A stretch of DNA of 63,871 bases, counting the filler, from Octopus bimaculoides (lineage: Eukaryota), in NCBI RefSeq assembly GCF_001194135.2. It is 6 parts of 5 records of this genome, joined end to end, with 100 filler letters (N's around TTAATTAATTAA, not from the genome) between each part and the next. Parts side by side here need not be neighbours in the genome. Positions count along the whole stretch, not along the records: positions 54,443 to 61,629 come from NC_069006.1; positions 61,730 to 63,871 come from NW_026418881.1; 4 more parts are not named here. The stretch is one strand, 5' to 3'. The notes below the pieces were generated by a model. The model was not told the origin of the DNA. It did not search any database and was given only the letters and a program-made list of their open reading frames with translations. A program made the translations under genes and the position numbers. Every line of letters starts with the position of its first letter. Within the stretch, counting starts at the first letter, position 1. This document shows, in pieces, positions 61,185-63,871 of this stretch.

Positions 61185-61359
61185 GAATGCATATCTGGAT
61201 AAATCTATGTAGCAATAAAATCATTCAAATATATATGCTTGCACATACACACATACAGGCCCAATATACGTGCATATATGCATCTATACGCTAATATAAA
61301 ATGGAAGTTAACACACATTCTGTCAACCAAATTACACTGTAAAAGATATCGGATAAAAC

Positions 61360-61629
<270 letters not shown>

Positions 61630-62242
61630 NNNNNNNNNNNNNNNNNNNNNNNNNNNNNNNNNNNNNNNNNNNNTTAATTAATTAANNNNNNNNNNNNNNN
61701 NNNNNNNNNNNNNNNNNNNNNNNNNNNNNGCTTTCACTGCACTATCGAGCGCAGCTCTGTATTCCTTGGGTATCTGCTGTGGTTTGTTGTGTTTTTATAT
61801 TCACTGTATTGAAAGTGCTTTTCATTGTACGGAAAGTACTTAATATTACTATGTCCCTTCTTTTCCAGTGTATACCGTGTATACTTTATTTATTTTTTTT
61901 TTTTCTAACGTCATTATTATATGTAAACCCCCACAATTTGTCTATCTCTGTATTGTCTCTCCTCATCCTTTCACCCTTGTGGTGAATAAATGAAATCATT
62001 ATTAATATTATTATTATTATTATTATTATTATTAGATAGATAGATGAGTTCTTAACTTTTGTATACGATTGCCAAATTCCATCACTAAGGTAGACATAGC
62101 TGACGTAATCCATCACTACGGCCAACTCAATGACAAAAAGCGCAACTCGAAAGTAACTTATTTATTGGTCCTTTGAGCAACAATATTTCGACATCTCGTG
62201 TGTCTTCAACAGGTTCAAAATAAAATAAATGTCAGTCTAATA

Positions 62243-62276
<34 letters not shown>

Positions 62277-62277
62277 G

Positions 62278-62850
62278 AGTGAGAGTGCATTGCATGCCAT
62301 CAAAGTGACACAGAGGTGTAAATATATGACGCCCAGTATAGCCATTATGACTACCCGTCTGATAAGGGTACACCAGTCACATGCATCACAACCATATGTG
62401 CGCGACATGGTGATCCCATATCAAGATAAACTGCGCATGACCTTTGTTGCTCAAAGGACCCAGTTAGAATTTTCTTCAGGTCGAGTAGCCCATCCCGCTC
62501 AAAAAGTCTCTGAATAAGGTTCTTTTAAGGATGTTGAACAAAGTACCCATGTTTCCAAAGGTGAATTATTCAAACCCCAAAGAATTCCTCTCAACACATG
62601 GCTATGATTCTCCCCCACTACTTTTGCTCGTGATCAGAGAAGTACATATCGTCAGCCACCAAGACACAAGCTCAACTGGTTAAGGTCAAACAACTGACGA
62701 GCAAATCTGTGGTATTAAGCAGAATATTTGCTGCACCAAGACAAAACAATGTAGATGATAACACTCCCAATCAATTAAGATCAGAAGCAATGAGAGCCAC
62801 TGCCTGGTACTGCATCCGGGCAAAACTGCATCCGGGCAAAACTGCATCCA
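62278..62850. mobile_element. ~570-bp non-coding dispersed element bounded by (TTA)n on both sides
   Basis: (TTA)n flanks at 62243-62277 and 62850-62868; second partial copy at 28618-28733; 16-bp terminal duplication CTGCATCCGGGCAAAA x2.5. Confidence 0.75.
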
Positions 62851-62879
62851 TTATTATTATTATTATTGTTAACTTTGCA

Positions 62880-63475
62880 AGTTAGCAGAAGCGTTAGCAC
62901 GCCGGGCAAAATGCTTACTAGCATTTCATCCGTTTTTATACTCTGAGTTCAAATCCCGCCGAGGTCAACTTGCCTTTCATCCTTTCGGGGTAGATAAATT
63001 AAGTACCAGTAAGACAATGGAGTCGGTGTAATCTACTAGTCCCCCCCCCCCCACAAAATTTCAGATCTTGTAACTATAGTAAAAAGGATAATTATTATTA
63101 TTAATGCTGTGAGCTGGCAGAATCGTAGCACGCCGAGCGAAATGCTTAGTGACATATCGTCCGTCTTCAAATTCTGAGTTCAAATTCAACCAAGGTAAAC
63201 GTTACCTTTCATCCTTTCGGGGTTGATAAATTAAGTACTAGTTGAGCGCTGCAGTCGATGTAATCAACTTACCTCTCCATCTAACTATTATTATTACTAT
63301 TAAAGCAGAATTGTTATCACTCGGAGCAAAATGCATAGCGGCATTTCGTCCGTCTTTCTTTCTGAGTTCAAAATTCGCTGTTGTCGATTTTGCTTCTAAT
63401 CCTTTCGCAGTCGATAAATTAAGTACCATTTGAGCACCGGGGTCGATGTAATCGACTTCTCCGCCGTTAAAATTC
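62880..63475 (+). mobile_element. Three tandem family-B SINE monomers separated by short (TTA)n, ending at (TTC)n
   Basis: Core CTGAGTTCAAA...CTTTCATCCTTTCG...GATAAATTAAGTAC at about 62940-63010, 63175-63240 and 63360-63430. Confidence 0.85.
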
Positions 63476-63575
63476 TTCTTCTTCTTCTTCTTCTTCTTCT
63501 TCTTCTTCTTCTTCTTCTTCTTCTTCTTCTTCTTCTTCTTCTTCTTCTTCTTCTTCTTCTTCTTCTTCTTCTTCA
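63475..63575 (+). repeat. (TTC)n microsatellite
   Basis: Direct reading; source of the spurious poly-Lys ORF. Confidence 0.95.
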
Positions 63576-63830
63576 ACTGAATAAGTCAGGTAGAGTCATG
63601 TAACTTGCCGAAAGAAAATGAAACCCAAGTAACAAAATATGAACCCAGATTTGCGTAAGACAAAAAATAAAAAGAAAAAAAAGAAAAAGAAATCAATATT
63701 GATTTTCCAATTTTAGATAGAAGTAGGGTAGAAAAGGTAACTGGATGCACCTGAAAACGGCATATTATTGGCAGTGTATTCAGAAGTATTCTGAATTGAT
63801 AACTTTGAGAAGACGAAACACGTATTTTTA

Positions 63831-63871
<41 letters not shown>

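Overview
Eukaryotic, AT-rich, repeat-dominated scaffold segment with roughly 6 kb of N gaps. The SINE families, the RTE/Penelope/RLE-LINE mix and the extreme microsatellite load point to an octopus (coleoid cephalopod) genome; this is an inference from repeat content. I cannot support any intact host protein-coding gene. Every ORF with recognisable protein similarity is a decayed transposon fragment: RTE LINEs (8990-9330, 11503-13803, 20295-20748, plus 3'UTR-only copies), a CRE-like RLE fragment (4845-5395), three R4/Dong-like fragments, a Tx1/L1-like 5' half (43653-45560), five Penelope-like fragments and a Tigger/pogo deletion derivative. Around them are more than 25 tRNA-derived SINE copies (families labelled A/B/C by me) and several palindromic or TIR-bounded MITEs. 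The best lead is a TSD-flanked inverted dimer (35736-36374) of a non-autonomous element built as tRNA-like Pol III head + (AAT)n + Penelope-type minimal hammerhead ribozyme. Other leads: a second, full-size type-I hammerhead (18017-18109), a TIR element filled with telomere-like TTAGGG repeats (two copies), a dimeric SINE whose linker matches a LINE 3' end in this window, and a pre-miRNA-sized hairpin (33144-33203). All family assignments come from motif recognition by eye, not database searches.
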